IMG/VR virus record: IMGVR_UViG_3300030333_002570
Coordinates: 32,001-96,000 of that record
DNA: 64,000 nt
Origin: a virus
Reading direction: 5' to 3' (one strand)
Shown: piece by piece, positions 9,630 to 18,613 of the stretch
Numbering within the stretch: the first letter of the stretch is position 1
Layout: each line of letters opens with the position of its first letter
Translations under genes and position numbers: made by a program
The notes under the pieces: model-generated
What the model was told of the DNA's origin: nothing
The model's database searches: none
What the model saw: only the letters and a program-made list of their open reading frames with translations

Positions 9630-9991
9630 TGCAATTACTTAATCCTAGAGAATTATATACATTTGAAGAGTTCTTTGATACTGATATTGAAAAGGTATCA
9701 TTGACAGATATGGCAGCACGTATTCAAGATGTATTAAAGGATGAGTTTGGGATTACATGTAACTTGGATCATGCAAGTGAAATATTTGATTGTGAGATAG
9801 AGGCACACAATGATTTTGTATCATGTGTATGTCAAGAGACAGGTAATCTATATCATTACTGTCTTGAAGTTGTTAATCGTGAAGGTAAATTTAAATTTGA
9901 TTTAAAACCAAAGAAGATGAGGTTCTTTAGAGCATACGTCTTTAGATGGTCTAATACTATGGAAATAGATAATGTCAAATATATTTTTTGA
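9629..9991 (+). CDS. Hypothetical protein
   Basis: 120-aa ORF coupled to both neighbours; no recognisable motif. Confidence 0.6.
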   Translation: MQLLNPRELYTFEEFFDTDIEKVSLTDMAARIQDVLKDEFGITCNLDHASEIFDCEIEAHNDFVSCVCQETGNLYHYCLEVVNREGKFKFDLKPKKMRFFRAYVFRWSNTMEIDNVKYIF

Positions 9992-10580
9992 TACACCTTC
10001 TGGGTTACCAGTTATATTCATACGTGATTTCTATTCAAATATAGAATTGACTTCAATATTTAATGAGTTAAAATTTTTATCATCTATTGATAGGTTTAAA
10101 GATCCAACAGATCCAGATGGACCTGGTACTGCAATGTCAAATGGTGTAGTATTAAAATCTGGAAAAGGTATGCACTTAGATGTAGTATATAAGGATCGAT
10201 CTGAATCTGACATACTAAAAGTTAATCGTAAACTATTCAGTAAAGAGACTACTACTCTATTAGAGAGTTATCATTCTTTCTTTAGATATGTAAGAAGATC
10301 TAATGCAGACAATACTAAACTACATTATTATACTAACGGTGATTATTATAAATCACATGTTGATGATTGTGTAGTCACAGCAATTAGTTTCTTTAATATT
10401 GAACCAAAAGGATATAGAGGTGGTGATTTAGTATTAGAACATAGACTTAAAATACCTTGTCTAAATAATTCGCTAGTGGTCTTCCCTTCTATTATGTGGC
10501 ATGAAGTCACACCGATTGTAATGTATGACTTTAGTCCTAATATGGGTCGATATTCAATGACTCAGTTTTTGGAAATGTAA
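9972..10580 (+). CDS. 2OG-Fe(II) oxygenase
   Basis: YYKSHVD...YRGGDL...VVFPSIMWHEVTPI...GRYSMTQF. Confidence 0.82.
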   Translation: MSNIFFDTPSGLPVIFIRDFYSNIELTSIFNELKFLSSIDRFKDPTDPDGPGTAMSNGVVLKSGKGMHLDVVYKDRSESDILKVNRKLFSKETTTLLESYHSFFRYVRRSNADNTKLHYYTNGDYYKSHVDDCVVTAISFFNIEPKGYRGGDLVLEHRLKIPCLNNSLVVFPSIMWHEVTPIVMYDFSPNMGRYSMTQFLEM

Positions 10581-10582
10581 TT

Positions 10583-11224
10583 ATGCAAATTATTCACTTT
10601 GAAAATGAACCACCAAAGACAAGGTTCGCACCTATATTTAATTTTCACATCTATGAGAATGATGTAGATGTAAGAGATATAAAGAATATAATATTATCTA
10701 AAGAGCAAGATATTATTAAGAGTAATCCATACACAAGTGATTGGAATACTGGATTAGGATCTAATAGTATGACATCAAGATCTAATTGTTATAATGTACT
10801 TAAATGGGATGAAGCATATTTTTTAAGAGAAATAATAAGATCATCACATGATAATTTTATAACAACTCTTGGATATGATTGGGAGGATAAAATATATGTT
10901 CAATGTTGGGCAAATGTTCTTAGAAAAGGTGAAAGGATAAAACAACATCAACATTGGACAAGTGAATACACATATATTGGTGGACATATACACTTAGATG
11001 ATTTACATACTAGTACTCATTATGTAAATCCATATAATCAGAAGTTATATTCATCAGAGAATAAGAAAGGTAAGGTAACATTATTTCCTAATTGGTTAGA
11101 ACATTATACTGACACATATAATGATAATGAATTTAGAGTATCAATAGCATTTGACATTATTACTGAGATAGTATATAATGAGGACATTTATGAGGATAGG
11201 AAAGAACACTGGGTTCAATTATGA
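10583..11224 (+). CDS. Putative 2OG-Fe(II) oxygenase (TIGR02466-like)
   Basis: WANVLRKGERIKQHQH...TLFPNWLEHYT...RVSIAFDI. Confidence 0.8.
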   Translation: MQIIHFENEPPKTRFAPIFNFHIYENDVDVRDIKNIILSKEQDIIKSNPYTSDWNTGLGSNSMTSRSNCYNVLKWDEAYFLREIIRSSHDNFITTLGYDWEDKIYVQCWANVLRKGERIKQHQHWTSEYTYIGGHIHLDDLHTSTHYVNPYNQKLYSSENKKGKVTLFPNWLEHYTDTYNDNEFRVSIAFDIITEIVYNEDIYEDRKEHWVQL

Positions 11225-11931
11225 AACTCGAACAGATTCGAGAAGTAATTGATAATGTAATTGGTGATATACCTTTCATGTATGATCTGTCAGTAACTAC
11301 ACCACCATCTGAGTTAGTTACACAAAGAGCACAAGATCATTTTAATAGAGGTAAACCAGAATCATTAAATCAGACTTATCAGTTAGATAATACTTGTAAG
11401 TCTGTTATTGTATGGAATGTTTTTAGTCGTGTTGCATATGATTACCACTATAAGAATAACTTCTTACCAGAGATCATTAGACGATTAAATACATTATACA
11501 ATTATAATTTTGGGTATGATGATTACCTATTAAATAGAAAACAGTTTGCTATTAGATCAGGTGCAGCAACATTAGCAAAAACATCATTAGCATTTCATAA
11601 AAGATTTGGAATGAATTATAAGATTGATCTAATCTTTACTAATGCTGAATTTGATGAGACTATTGTTATTGATGGTGAACCTCATTATAGTAATTGTATT
11701 GGGTGTGATGCACCTTGCGAATATAAATGTCCTATGGGATGTACAATGAACTTTGATCTTGTTGATTGGGAGAAGTGTTCTAATTTTGTAGATGTTCCTG
11801 AAGCATTTAAAGATCTTGATAGTATTTGTAGGATATGTCAAGACAGTTGCCCTTATTCACAGGAGTTGACTAAAAGAATCCTCGAAATTAATCCTCGTTA
11901 CGGAGAACGTATTCATGCCACATTTACATAG
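11221..11931 (+). CDS. Epoxyqueuosine reductase (QueG)/reductive dehalogenase-like double [4Fe-4S] protein
   Basis: NRKQFAIRSGAATLAKTSL...FG..KIDLIFT, then CIGCDAPCEYKCP...DWEKC...CRICQDSCPY, matching the QueG/RdhA Cys spacing. Confidence 0.65.
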   Translation: MKLEQIREVIDNVIGDIPFMYDLSVTTPPSELVTQRAQDHFNRGKPESLNQTYQLDNTCKSVIVWNVFSRVAYDYHYKNNFLPEIIRRLNTLYNYNFGYDDYLLNRKQFAIRSGAATLAKTSLAFHKRFGMNYKIDLIFTNAEFDETIVIDGEPHYSNCIGCDAPCEYKCPMGCTMNFDLVDWEKCSNFVDVPEAFKDLDSICRICQDSCPYSQELTKRILEINPRYGERIHATFT

Positions 11932-12568
11932 ATGGAATCAACCTAAAGGTAATAATCCATTTGCACCTGAATTTGATATATCTTTATGGGTTGATGATTT
12001 ACCTGAAGTATTAATTGATGAATTAATGGTACAAGTATTGTTGCACGAGGATGAAGGGTTATATGATAATGATAGATGGGAACACTATAATATATTTCAA
12101 TGGGAAGGTTTTGCTGTAAAAGAATTACAAGAGATGATATTAACATCTTATGAAGCATTTTGTAATTCTCTACATGTAGAGAAAGAAGAAAGAATATGGA
12201 TTAGAGGATGGGTATATCCTCAGAAACCAGAGATAAAAGTTAAACGAAGAATGAATATAGGTAGACACCAACACGCAATGCACGAGAACGCATTTCTAAG
12301 TGGTGTGTTAAATATGCAAGATCATTTTATTGGTACTGATTATGATATACCTTATGTTGGATGGACAGGTATAGGTAGTAAGAAAGGTAGATTAACACTT
12401 TCACCATCATCATTACCTCATGCAGTTAAAGCATTAAGATATGAAGATACTGATAGATATACTATTGCATTTGATCTAATAACACAGAAAGGAATGGATC
12501 ATTTCTGGTTCTCTAAGTTAGACAAAGATACATCAAAAGATCCTTTAAATTTAGCGATTGAATTGTGA
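11915..12568 (+). CDS. Putative 2OG-Fe(II) oxygenase (TIGR02466-like)
   Basis: IGRHQHAMH...LSGV...KGRLTLSPSSLPHAV...RYTIAFDL. Confidence 0.75.
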   Translation: MPHLHRWNQPKGNNPFAPEFDISLWVDDLPEVLIDELMVQVLLHEDEGLYDNDRWEHYNIFQWEGFAVKELQEMILTSYEAFCNSLHVEKEERIWIRGWVYPQKPEIKVKRRMNIGRHQHAMHENAFLSGVLNMQDHFIGTDYDIPYVGWTGIGSKKGRLTLSPSSLPHAVKALRYEDTDRYTIAFDLITQKGMDHFWFSKLDKDTSKDPLNLAIEL

Positions 12569-13185
12569 ACACACAGTTATTAGATAATGGATTCTTATTA
12601 GTTAAGAATTTTGTTCATGTTGACTTAGCAAATAGTTTGTATCGTGAGTTAGTTGATAATGGTCAGACTAAATTGCATTTCTTAGATAATGAATTTCATG
12701 GACCTTGTTATAACTATCAGTCACCAACAGCATCACAAGAGTTATTATTTTATATGTTGCATGATATGGTGGATATAGTTGGAGAATCATTATTTCCAAC
12801 TTATTCATACATGAGATTATATAAACATAATGCTTTTTTAAATCCTCATACAGATAGACCTGCATGTGAAGTATCATTAACTGTACATTTAGGATCAGAT
12901 AAAGAGTGGGAGTTTGGTATAAGAAACTATCGTAATAATAATGAGTTTAATGTAGTATTAGATCAAGGAGATGCACTGATATATTTGGGATGTGTAGCAC
13001 CACATTGGAGAAATGGTAAGTATAGTGGTGAGAATTTTGCACAGTGCTTCTTACATTATGTCAGAAGCAGAGGTCCAATGTCATGGTGTTTGAACGATAC
13101 TAATAGGTCATTACCAGAGGGTAATTGGGAGGATGAATTGAAGAAAGAGTATGACAGTATAATAGGTGTCACACAATCACCCTAA
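12565..13185 (+). CDS. 2OG-Fe(II) oxygenase-like protein
   Basis: RLYKHNAFLNPHTDRPACEVSLT...GDALIYLGCVAPHWR...QCFLHYV. Confidence 0.75.
   Translation: MNTQLLDNGFLLVKNFVHVDLANSLYRELVDNGQTKLHFLDNEFHGPCYNYQSPTASQELLFYMLHDMVDIVGESLFPTYSYMRLYKHNAFLNPHTDRPACEVSLTVHLGSDKEWEFGIRNYRNNNEFNVVLDQGDALIYLGCVAPHWRNGKYSGENFAQCFLHYVRSRGPMSWCLNDTNRSLPEGNWEDELKKEYDSIIGVTQSP
13149..13174 (+). promoter_or_regulatory. Palindromic early-region element, copy 1
   Basis: GTATGACAGT-ATAATA-GGTGTCACAC; TGn-TAGACT -10 box at 13202. Confidence 0.7.
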
Positions 13186-13228
13186 TCCAGAAAATACGTG
13201 ATAGACTACATGGGTTGCAGTTATTATC

Positions 13229-13483
13229 ATGCCTACGTTTACACTCACATGCACAGATGAAGATTCTACAGTAACAACTAAAGAGTTTAAATCTGCCTAC
13301 CTACAAGATGTTGTAGAAAAAACAGGAGACTTTCTCAGGGGAGTCGGTTACTATTTTGATGATTTGACTATTGTTAAAGTAGAAGAAACCGAAGAAACTA
13401 TTGAGGATGACTCTTATGAAGAATATGATCCTATTACAGGTACAAATTCTATTATTGATCCTTCATACCTTAATAAAAACTAA
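13229..13483 (+). CDS. Hypothetical acidic protein
   Basis: 84 aa, first ORF after element copy 1. Confidence 0.65.
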   Translation: MPTFTLTCTDEDSTVTTKEFKSAYLQDVVEKTGDFLRGVGYYFDDLTIVKVEETEETIEDDSYEEYDPITGTNSIIDPSYLNKN

Positions 13484-13490
13484 AGACTAT

Positions 13491-13531
13491 TAGGCAACTC
13501 ATTGACAATAATGGGTTGCCTATGTTAATAT
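13491..13531 (+). promoter_or_regulatory. Sigma70-type promoter embedded in a stem-loop
   Basis: Hairpin TAGGCAACTCATT-GACAAT-AATGGGTTGCCTA (13491-13522) contains TTGACA (13502); TGn-TAATAT at 13526. Confidence 0.65.
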
Positions 13532-13567
13532 ATACAAATGTAGTTCAGAAAAACTGACAGATCACAG

Positions 13568-13759
13568 ATGGGTAAGACTTTTCGCCGAGGTGGTAACGAG
13601 CGAGGTTACTATTCTCCTGGAAAATCATTACGAGACAAACGCCAAAAAGGAACAAATCGAACATCTAAATGGGAGGAATCTTATGACCACAACCAACCCA
13701 AAGGACATAATCACCCTAAAAAAAGAGCAACCACCGAAGAGTTCGGAGGTGACCTATGA
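13568..13759 (+). CDS. Small basic hypothetical protein
   Basis: MGKTFRRGG...LRDKRQKG, directly downstream of the promoter. Confidence 0.6.
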   Translation: MGKTFRRGGNERGYYSPGKSLRDKRQKGTNRTSKWEESYDHNQPKGHNHPKKRATTEEFGGDL

Positions 13760-13844
13760 AGATGATGGTCTGGACTATGAAGACCTATATTATGATGATG
13801 CTTCATATGATGGAGTTGAAATAGATTACACAGTACAATACTAA
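13682..13844 (+). CDS. Small acidic hypothetical protein (start uncertain)
   Basis: Asp/Tyr-rich C-terminus; stop coupled to the next ATG. Confidence 0.4.
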
Positions 13845-14044
13845 TGCCAAGTAAAGATCAATTATCCGTAGATGATAACGAGACTAAAGACCAGAAATGG
13901 AATAGAGGTCTTGATATTTGTATAGAGTCATTTTATAAAGCAGACCACTCTTTGCGTGGATGTGCTCACAATCAACGGTGTTTCTATGAAATGATGGAAA
14001 TACGTGATAAAATAATAGAGTATGCAAAGACTCTAAGGAGATGA
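13844..14044 (+). CDS. Hypothetical protein
   Basis: WNRGLDICIESFYKAD..LRGCAHNQRC motif; coupled to neighbours. Confidence 0.65.
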   Translation: MPSKDQLSVDDNETKDQKWNRGLDICIESFYKADHSLRGCAHNQRCFYEMMEIRDKIIEYAKTLRR

Positions 14045-14244
14045 TCGGTCTTTACTCACAGTTACTCTCAAAGGATCAAAAAATGATCGTAAAAGATGCT
14101 CTAATCATGTATGTCTGTCAATTACAGAAACAATACTTTAGAGATAATGTTATTCCTATGGATGAATATCATCGTAGGATGGCAGATATTGATGAAATCA
14201 CTGAAAAATTACATTTAAAAGATTTGTATAAACATGACAGTTGA
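14041..14244 (+). CDS. Hypothetical protein
   Basis: 67 aa, ATGA overlap. Confidence 0.6.
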   Translation: MIGLYSQLLSKDQKMIVKDALIMYVCQLQKQYFRDNVIPMDEYHRRMADIDEITEKLHLKDLYKHDS

Positions 14245-14878
14245 AATGTTTACACCTCGTTGGTATTATAAGGGTAAAGTTCCCTTTGAAAACCAACAAG
14301 AGATTGAACGCACCTTTGAAGAGTTTATGGACTTGGAGAAGAACTTTATTAATCCTGATAATATTAATGGTGAACTATTAACATCTTATGGATTACCTAC
14401 TAATCAATCTGCACCTTGGGAAAGGTGGTTAGAGTTTATTAAACCTTGTCTATCTGAAATGGTAGATCAATTAAAACCTAAGAGGGATATAGAAGTAGTT
14501 CCTCAAGAGGCATGGGTTAATCGTTATCAGCAAGGACATTATCAAGAGTACCATTGTCATTCTGTTCAACATTGTAATCTTGCAGCAGTATATTTTTATA
14601 GATTAGAGGGTGGATGTACTAACTTTAAATTCTATAATAATCAACACGCAGCATATAAAGCATGTGGATTAGATGATATGTTTGAGATACCAACAGCAGC
14701 AACTATAACACCTAAAGTACAACAAGGTGATATAATTATATTTCCTGCACATTATCCTCATTTAGTATCACCTAATAAGAGTGACTTTGAACGTATAACA
14801 TTTAGTGCAAACTTTGATGTTGTGCCAGCAAGCAATCTGTCTACTACTAAGCATGGTAAGGACTTAGATCTGATATAA
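14234..14878 (+). CDS. Putative 2OG-Fe(II) oxygenase (TIGR02466-like)
   Basis: WVNRYQQGHYQEYHCH...GDIIIFPAHYPHLV...RITFSANF. Confidence 0.82.
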   Translation: MTVEMFTPRWYYKGKVPFENQQEIERTFEEFMDLEKNFINPDNINGELLTSYGLPTNQSAPWERWLEFIKPCLSEMVDQLKPKRDIEVVPQEAWVNRYQQGHYQEYHCHSVQHCNLAAVYFYRLEGGCTNFKFYNNQHAAYKACGLDDMFEIPTAATITPKVQQGDIIIFPAHYPHLVSPNKSDFERITFSANFDVVPASNLSTTKHGKDLDLI

Positions 14879-14883
14879 TAGGA

Positions 14884-15369
14884 TTGAGTTCAAAGATAGT
14901 TATGAAATTGCGACCAACCAAGCAAGATGTGATCTTGAATCATACTTACACTTTCAAGTGTGATGCTACATTCGGTACACTATCTAAGGAGAGAGTTTAT
15001 AAATTATTCACAGATGGTAGAAGGGCATCAGGATTCTTAGAACTACAGTTAGAAGATTGGTTTGAAGGTCTTGAATTTGTAGATGGTAAAGGATATGACC
15101 ACATCAATCATTTGGTGGAGGGTCAACTGTATGATGCTAAATGTTTTACTAGACATGGTGCTAAATTCTGTTCATCAAAATATTTGGGTGTGGGTAGATC
15201 ATTAGATGTTAAAGAGCATGAAGCACACGCAGAAAATATAATTTATATTTTTACAGATGTAGTATCATTTCCTGAAGTAAGAGTTAGATTTGTAAAAGGA
15301 TCAGATTTAATTCAAACTTATAAAAAAGGTTCGATTCCATTTTCTCATAGAGATGATTTATTTGAATGA
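14884..15369 (+). CDS. Putative PD-(D/E)xK endonuclease (type II restriction enzyme-like)
   Basis: GYD...LYDAKCFT resembles a PD-(D/E)xK core; overlaps the MTase by 17 bp; TGn-TATAAT at 14871-14879 upstream; start may be ATG 14902. Confidence 0.45.
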   Translation: MSSKIVMKLRPTKQDVILNHTYTFKCDATFGTLSKERVYKLFTDGRRASGFLELQLEDWFEGLEFVDGKGYDHINHLVEGQLYDAKCFTRHGAKFCSSKYLGVGRSLDVKEHEAHAENIIYIFTDVVSFPEVRVRFVKGSDLIQTYKKGSIPFSHRDDLFE

Positions 15370-16141
15370 TTGTATCGCAGGTATGCGACACTTAGATGAT
15401 GAATGTGTTGATGCTATTGTTACATCACCACCTTATAATCTAAACATTAAGTATAACAAATACAACGATAAAAAACCAAGAGATAAGTATATCTCATGGA
15501 TGAAAGATGTGTTTGTTGAATGTAAACGTGTACTGAAAGATGATGGTCATCTATTTGTTAATATGGGATACTCAAATGTAGATCCTACGATAGGGTTAGA
15601 GGTCATGTTTGCAATTAAAAATACATATAATTTGCAAAATAATATAGTTTGGGTTAAGTCTATTCATGTAAATAACAAGACAAGTGGACATTTTAAACCT
15701 ATTAATAGTAAACGCTATTTGTGTCCTACTTGGGAGAATTTGTTTCACTTTACCAAAGATGGTAATGTAGAAATAGATAGACTATCTGTTGGTGTTAAGT
15801 ATGAATATTATGAAGCAAATATTCGTGGTAATAATACGATTGAGAACAAACCTAATTTAAGAGATAAAGGTAATACTTGGTTCATACCATATGAGACTAT
15901 TAATAGTAAAGAATTGCGTGGTAAACATCCTGCTACTTTCCCAGTTAAATTAGCAGAGGATTGTATCAAATTAACAGGTATAGATCGTGGTGTAGTTCTT
16001 GATCCTTTTATGGGAACAGGTAGTACTGGAGTAGCAGCAAAGAATTTAGGTTGGAGATATATTGGATTTGAAATAGATGAAGATTATGTTAAATTTGCTG
16101 AAAATAGGATAAATGGGGGGTTGACTTCCATATTAAATTGA
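15353..16141 (+). CDS. DNA N4-cytosine/N6-adenine methyltransferase (beta class)
   Basis: VTSPPYN (motif IV) precedes HPATFP and VVLDPFMGTGSTG...YIGFEID (motif I). Confidence 0.92.
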   Translation: MIYLNDCIAGMRHLDDECVDAIVTSPPYNLNIKYNKYNDKKPRDKYISWMKDVFVECKRVLKDDGHLFVNMGYSNVDPTIGLEVMFAIKNTYNLQNNIVWVKSIHVNNKTSGHFKPINSKRYLCPTWENLFHFTKDGNVEIDRLSVGVKYEYYEANIRGNNTIENKPNLRDKGNTWFIPYETINSKELRGKHPATFPVKLAEDCIKLTGIDRGVVLDPFMGTGSTGVAAKNLGWRYIGFEIDEDYVKFAENRINGGLTSILN

Positions 16142-16149
16142 TATATAAT
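16121..16149 (+). promoter_or_regulatory. Sigma70-type early promoter
   Basis: TTGACT-17 bp-TATAAT. Confidence 0.75.
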
Positions 16150-16227
16150 ACTGACAAAGAAATTCGTGGAAGATACACCAATCGGAAGCAATTTCAAAAG
16201 TTAAACTAAACTTATCGAGGACATATT

Positions 16228-17361
16228 ATGTCGAAAGCACTAGAGGTGGGACAATGGTATACTTTACCTGGAATCCCAGATGTAGAAATAGCGGTATTAA
16301 TTACCAAAGCATTTTTAAAGTATCCTGAGTGGATAACTCAGAGAGATACAGAGAACAGACTTAAGAAGAAAGGTGTTATAGATCACCTAAGAAAACTATT
16401 TCCTACTCATCATATTGTAGCAGTTGGAGAATTAACTGAACAGGATGATTGGGAAGATAAAGATGGTAATAAGGAAGTATATGAAGCAGGTCATACTTGG
16501 AGACTTGATGCTAACACAAGAGCAAAAGTATGGGAAAGAGGTTTAGTTGATGAACTTCCTAAAGGTGTACTAGCAGTTAAGTTTAAGGGTAAAACTTTAA
16601 AAGATATAAGGAATATTTACTGGGCATTTGATAACCCAACAGCAGCAGAGTTAGCAGCAGAAGTTATTACTGGATGTCTTAAATCTCTTGGTATAGAGTT
16701 ACTAACTAAGAAGTTTAGGGATGGACAATTTGTAACTGCATTATCATATTGTTGTAAATTTGATGCACCAGATGTATATGGTACTAAAGGATTATGGTCT
16801 GAACCTGATGATAATTCAGTAACTATATCTGAATACAAAAGAACTCAAACTTTACATGCAGTTAGAGATTATGCTGATACAATTAAGGCAGTTGATGAAC
16901 TATTATCTAAGACTGGAATTGTACCATCTTTCGATCAAACATTTATAACAGCACTATTCTTATTCCATAGAAAGTACGGTTGCTTTGATGATAATGTAAC
17001 TAACCTATGTTTAAACCTTACAGGTAGACTTAAGGATGAAGATGGTGAACAGTTATTAATAGCAACTGCACCAAATCCAAGTGCTAAGTTAAATGCTACT
17101 GCATGGATTGATAGGGAAAATAACAGATCATTCTCTAATTTTCAAGAGCAATGTGTTATTAAAGACAGATCTAAAATGGAAGGTTTCTATCAAGGAGTTC
17201 CATTCTTTACCTACTGGTTATCAATAGCATCACAAAATGGTCTTAAGCATAGACAAAATAAAGGTGCAAAAGGTGGTTATACCAACTGGTTTGAAAATAC
17301 ATTCCTTAAGATTAATAAAAGAGAAGTGGTTGAAAAACTAGAGAAATCACTGTCAATCTAG
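16228..17361 (+). CDS. Hypothetical protein, possibly ParB/DGQHR-related N-terminal domain
   Basis: 377 aa; WITQRD...RLDANTRAKVW resembles the QR...DGxxR motif of ParB-like folds. Confidence 0.5.
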   Translation: MSKALEVGQWYTLPGIPDVEIAVLITKAFLKYPEWITQRDTENRLKKKGVIDHLRKLFPTHHIVAVGELTEQDDWEDKDGNKEVYEAGHTWRLDANTRAKVWERGLVDELPKGVLAVKFKGKTLKDIRNIYWAFDNPTAAELAAEVITGCLKSLGIELLTKKFRDGQFVTALSYCCKFDAPDVYGTKGLWSEPDDNSVTISEYKRTQTLHAVRDYADTIKAVDELLSKTGIVPSFDQTFITALFLFHRKYGCFDDNVTNLCLNLTGRLKDEDGEQLLIATAPNPSAKLNATAWIDRENNRSFSNFQEQCVIKDRSKMEGFYQGVPFFTYWLSIASQNGLKHRQNKGAKGGYTNWFENTFLKINKREVVEKLEKSLSI

Positions 17362-17373
17362 AAACTGTCCACT
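17348..17373 (+). promoter_or_regulatory. Palindromic early-region element, copy 2
   Basis: CACTGTCAAT-CTAGAA-ACTGTCCACT spanning the stop of 16228..17361; TATATT at 17402. Confidence 0.55.
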
Positions 17374-17427
17374 AAATGCCCCATTTCATCCTGATCTGGG
17401 GTATATTAATATTGTTGAGAAATTCAA

Positions 17428-17613
17428 ATGAAATTCTTTTCTGCCAAGACACAAATCTATGGCATCAAAAAAGCACTCAAAGCGAGTGAACGTGATCCAT
17501 TTCTTTATAATGAAGAAGAGATCATCAAACTAAAAACTTCTCTTCGCAAATTACGTGAAGAGCAAGAACAAACCCGACAAATTCAAAACGGAGGATTTGG
17601 TTACGATGTCTAA
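17428..17613 (+). CDS. Hypothetical protein
   Basis: 61 aa; ...DPFLYNEEEIIKLK...GGFG. Confidence 0.65.
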   Translation: MKFFSAKTQIYGIKKALKASERDPFLYNEEEIIKLKTSLRKLREEQEQTRQIQNGGFGYDV

Positions 17614-17746
17614 AAGACTATTTGTTCCAAAAGTTGAATACGATGAAAACTTTGACAACTGTCAAGAGGAAGAAGACAGTTGGGTATCCTCAGTTTTAGG
17701 AACTGAAGATGATGCAATCTATGACGTACTTTCGGAGATTCAGTAA
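17606..17746 (+). CDS. Small acidic hypothetical protein
   Basis: MSKRLFVPKVEYDENF..., internal ATG of the track ORF 17555..17746. Confidence 0.5.
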   Translation: MSKRLFVPKVEYDENFDNCQEEEDSWVSSVLGTEDDAIYDVLSEIQ

Positions 17747-17937
17747 TGACAATTCCAAAGAAATTGCAACTTCTACTTGATGCTTATGATGATGGAGTTC
17801 TTCCTGAAGATTTACAAGTAGAAATGTGTCAGTTTATGATAGATTGTGACCTACACAATGAGTTGACACAGTATCAACAACTCTGCGATTATTACATTGC
17901 AGAAGGTTTATGTTATGAAGTATGTTTTGATTCCTGA
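17746..17937 (+). CDS. Hypothetical protein
   Basis: 63 aa, coupled on both sides. Confidence 0.6.
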   Translation: MTIPKKLQLLLDAYDDGVLPEDLQVEMCQFMIDCDLHNELTQYQQLCDYYIAEGLCYEVCFDS

Positions 17938-18299
17938 TGAATACTTACGAAGTCTTATTACAACGTGACATTGGCATAAACAAGACAGTTTATGTACACG
18001 ATTGTTATTATGAAGATGAAGCAAGATTACTTGCTGAGTCTCAATATGGACTTCCAGTTTTAAGAGTATTATATAAGGGATCTTCTAATAATAATACTAT
18101 GAATGATGTTCCTGAACCCTATTATGGTGGCACTTGGTTATCAACAATAGGGTCAGGAAATAGTTCTATTACTAATATATTAGCATTGCCATTTGGTATC
18201 TTAATTATTATATTATTAATAGAATTTTGGTGGTGGTTTGTTGCTATAACTTGCATAGGAATTGGGTGGAGAACTTATCAGTATATCAAGGACGATTAG
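17937..18299 (+). CDS. Hypothetical membrane protein
   Basis: C-terminal hydrophobic ILALPFGILIIILLIEFWWWFVAITCIGIGW. Confidence 0.6.
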   Translation: MNTYEVLLQRDIGINKTVYVHDCYYEDEARLLAESQYGLPVLRVLYKGSSNNNTMNDVPEPYYGGTWLSTIGSGNSSITNILALPFGILIIILLIEFWWWFVAITCIGIGWRTYQYIKDD

Positions 18300-18426
18300 G
18301 CATTTATTTTTGTTAATTAGATGTCGAAATTCTAACATTATTATACTAAATAGTGGTAGAATTAAGGATAGCAAGATGAACTGAAAACTCTCTTGGTTAT
18401 GATTCAAAAGTTAAAAGGAGTTGGAT

Positions 18427-18594
18427 ATGTCACACAATTTAATATCTTCAAATCATTTAGCACAATGGAAACATGGTGTAAACGAAATTCCTGAATATCA
18501 GGATCAATTACTGGACGATTACTTTGAGTGCTTAATTGATTGTGAAGACGATCAATCTAGTTGTAGGAGGGTATGTAAGGAAATTCTTATGTGA
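18427..18594 (+). CDS. 55-aa protein with CxxxC-x6-CxxxC (not in ORF track)
   Basis: Hand translation MSHNLISSNHLAQWKHGVNEIPEYQDQLLDDYFECLIDCEDDQSSCRRVCKEILM; AGGAG RBS upstream; terminator downstream. Confidence 0.75.
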   Translation: MSHNLISSNHLAQWKHGVNEIPEYQDQLLDDYFECLIDCEDDQSSCRRVCKEILM

Positions 18595-18613
18595 CTATCT
18601 TACTAAATTCTAT

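Noticed and set aside
18427-18594. Small Cys peptide as CP12
   Set aside because: It lacks the AWD.VEEL core and the C-terminal CxxxPxxxxC motif of CP12.
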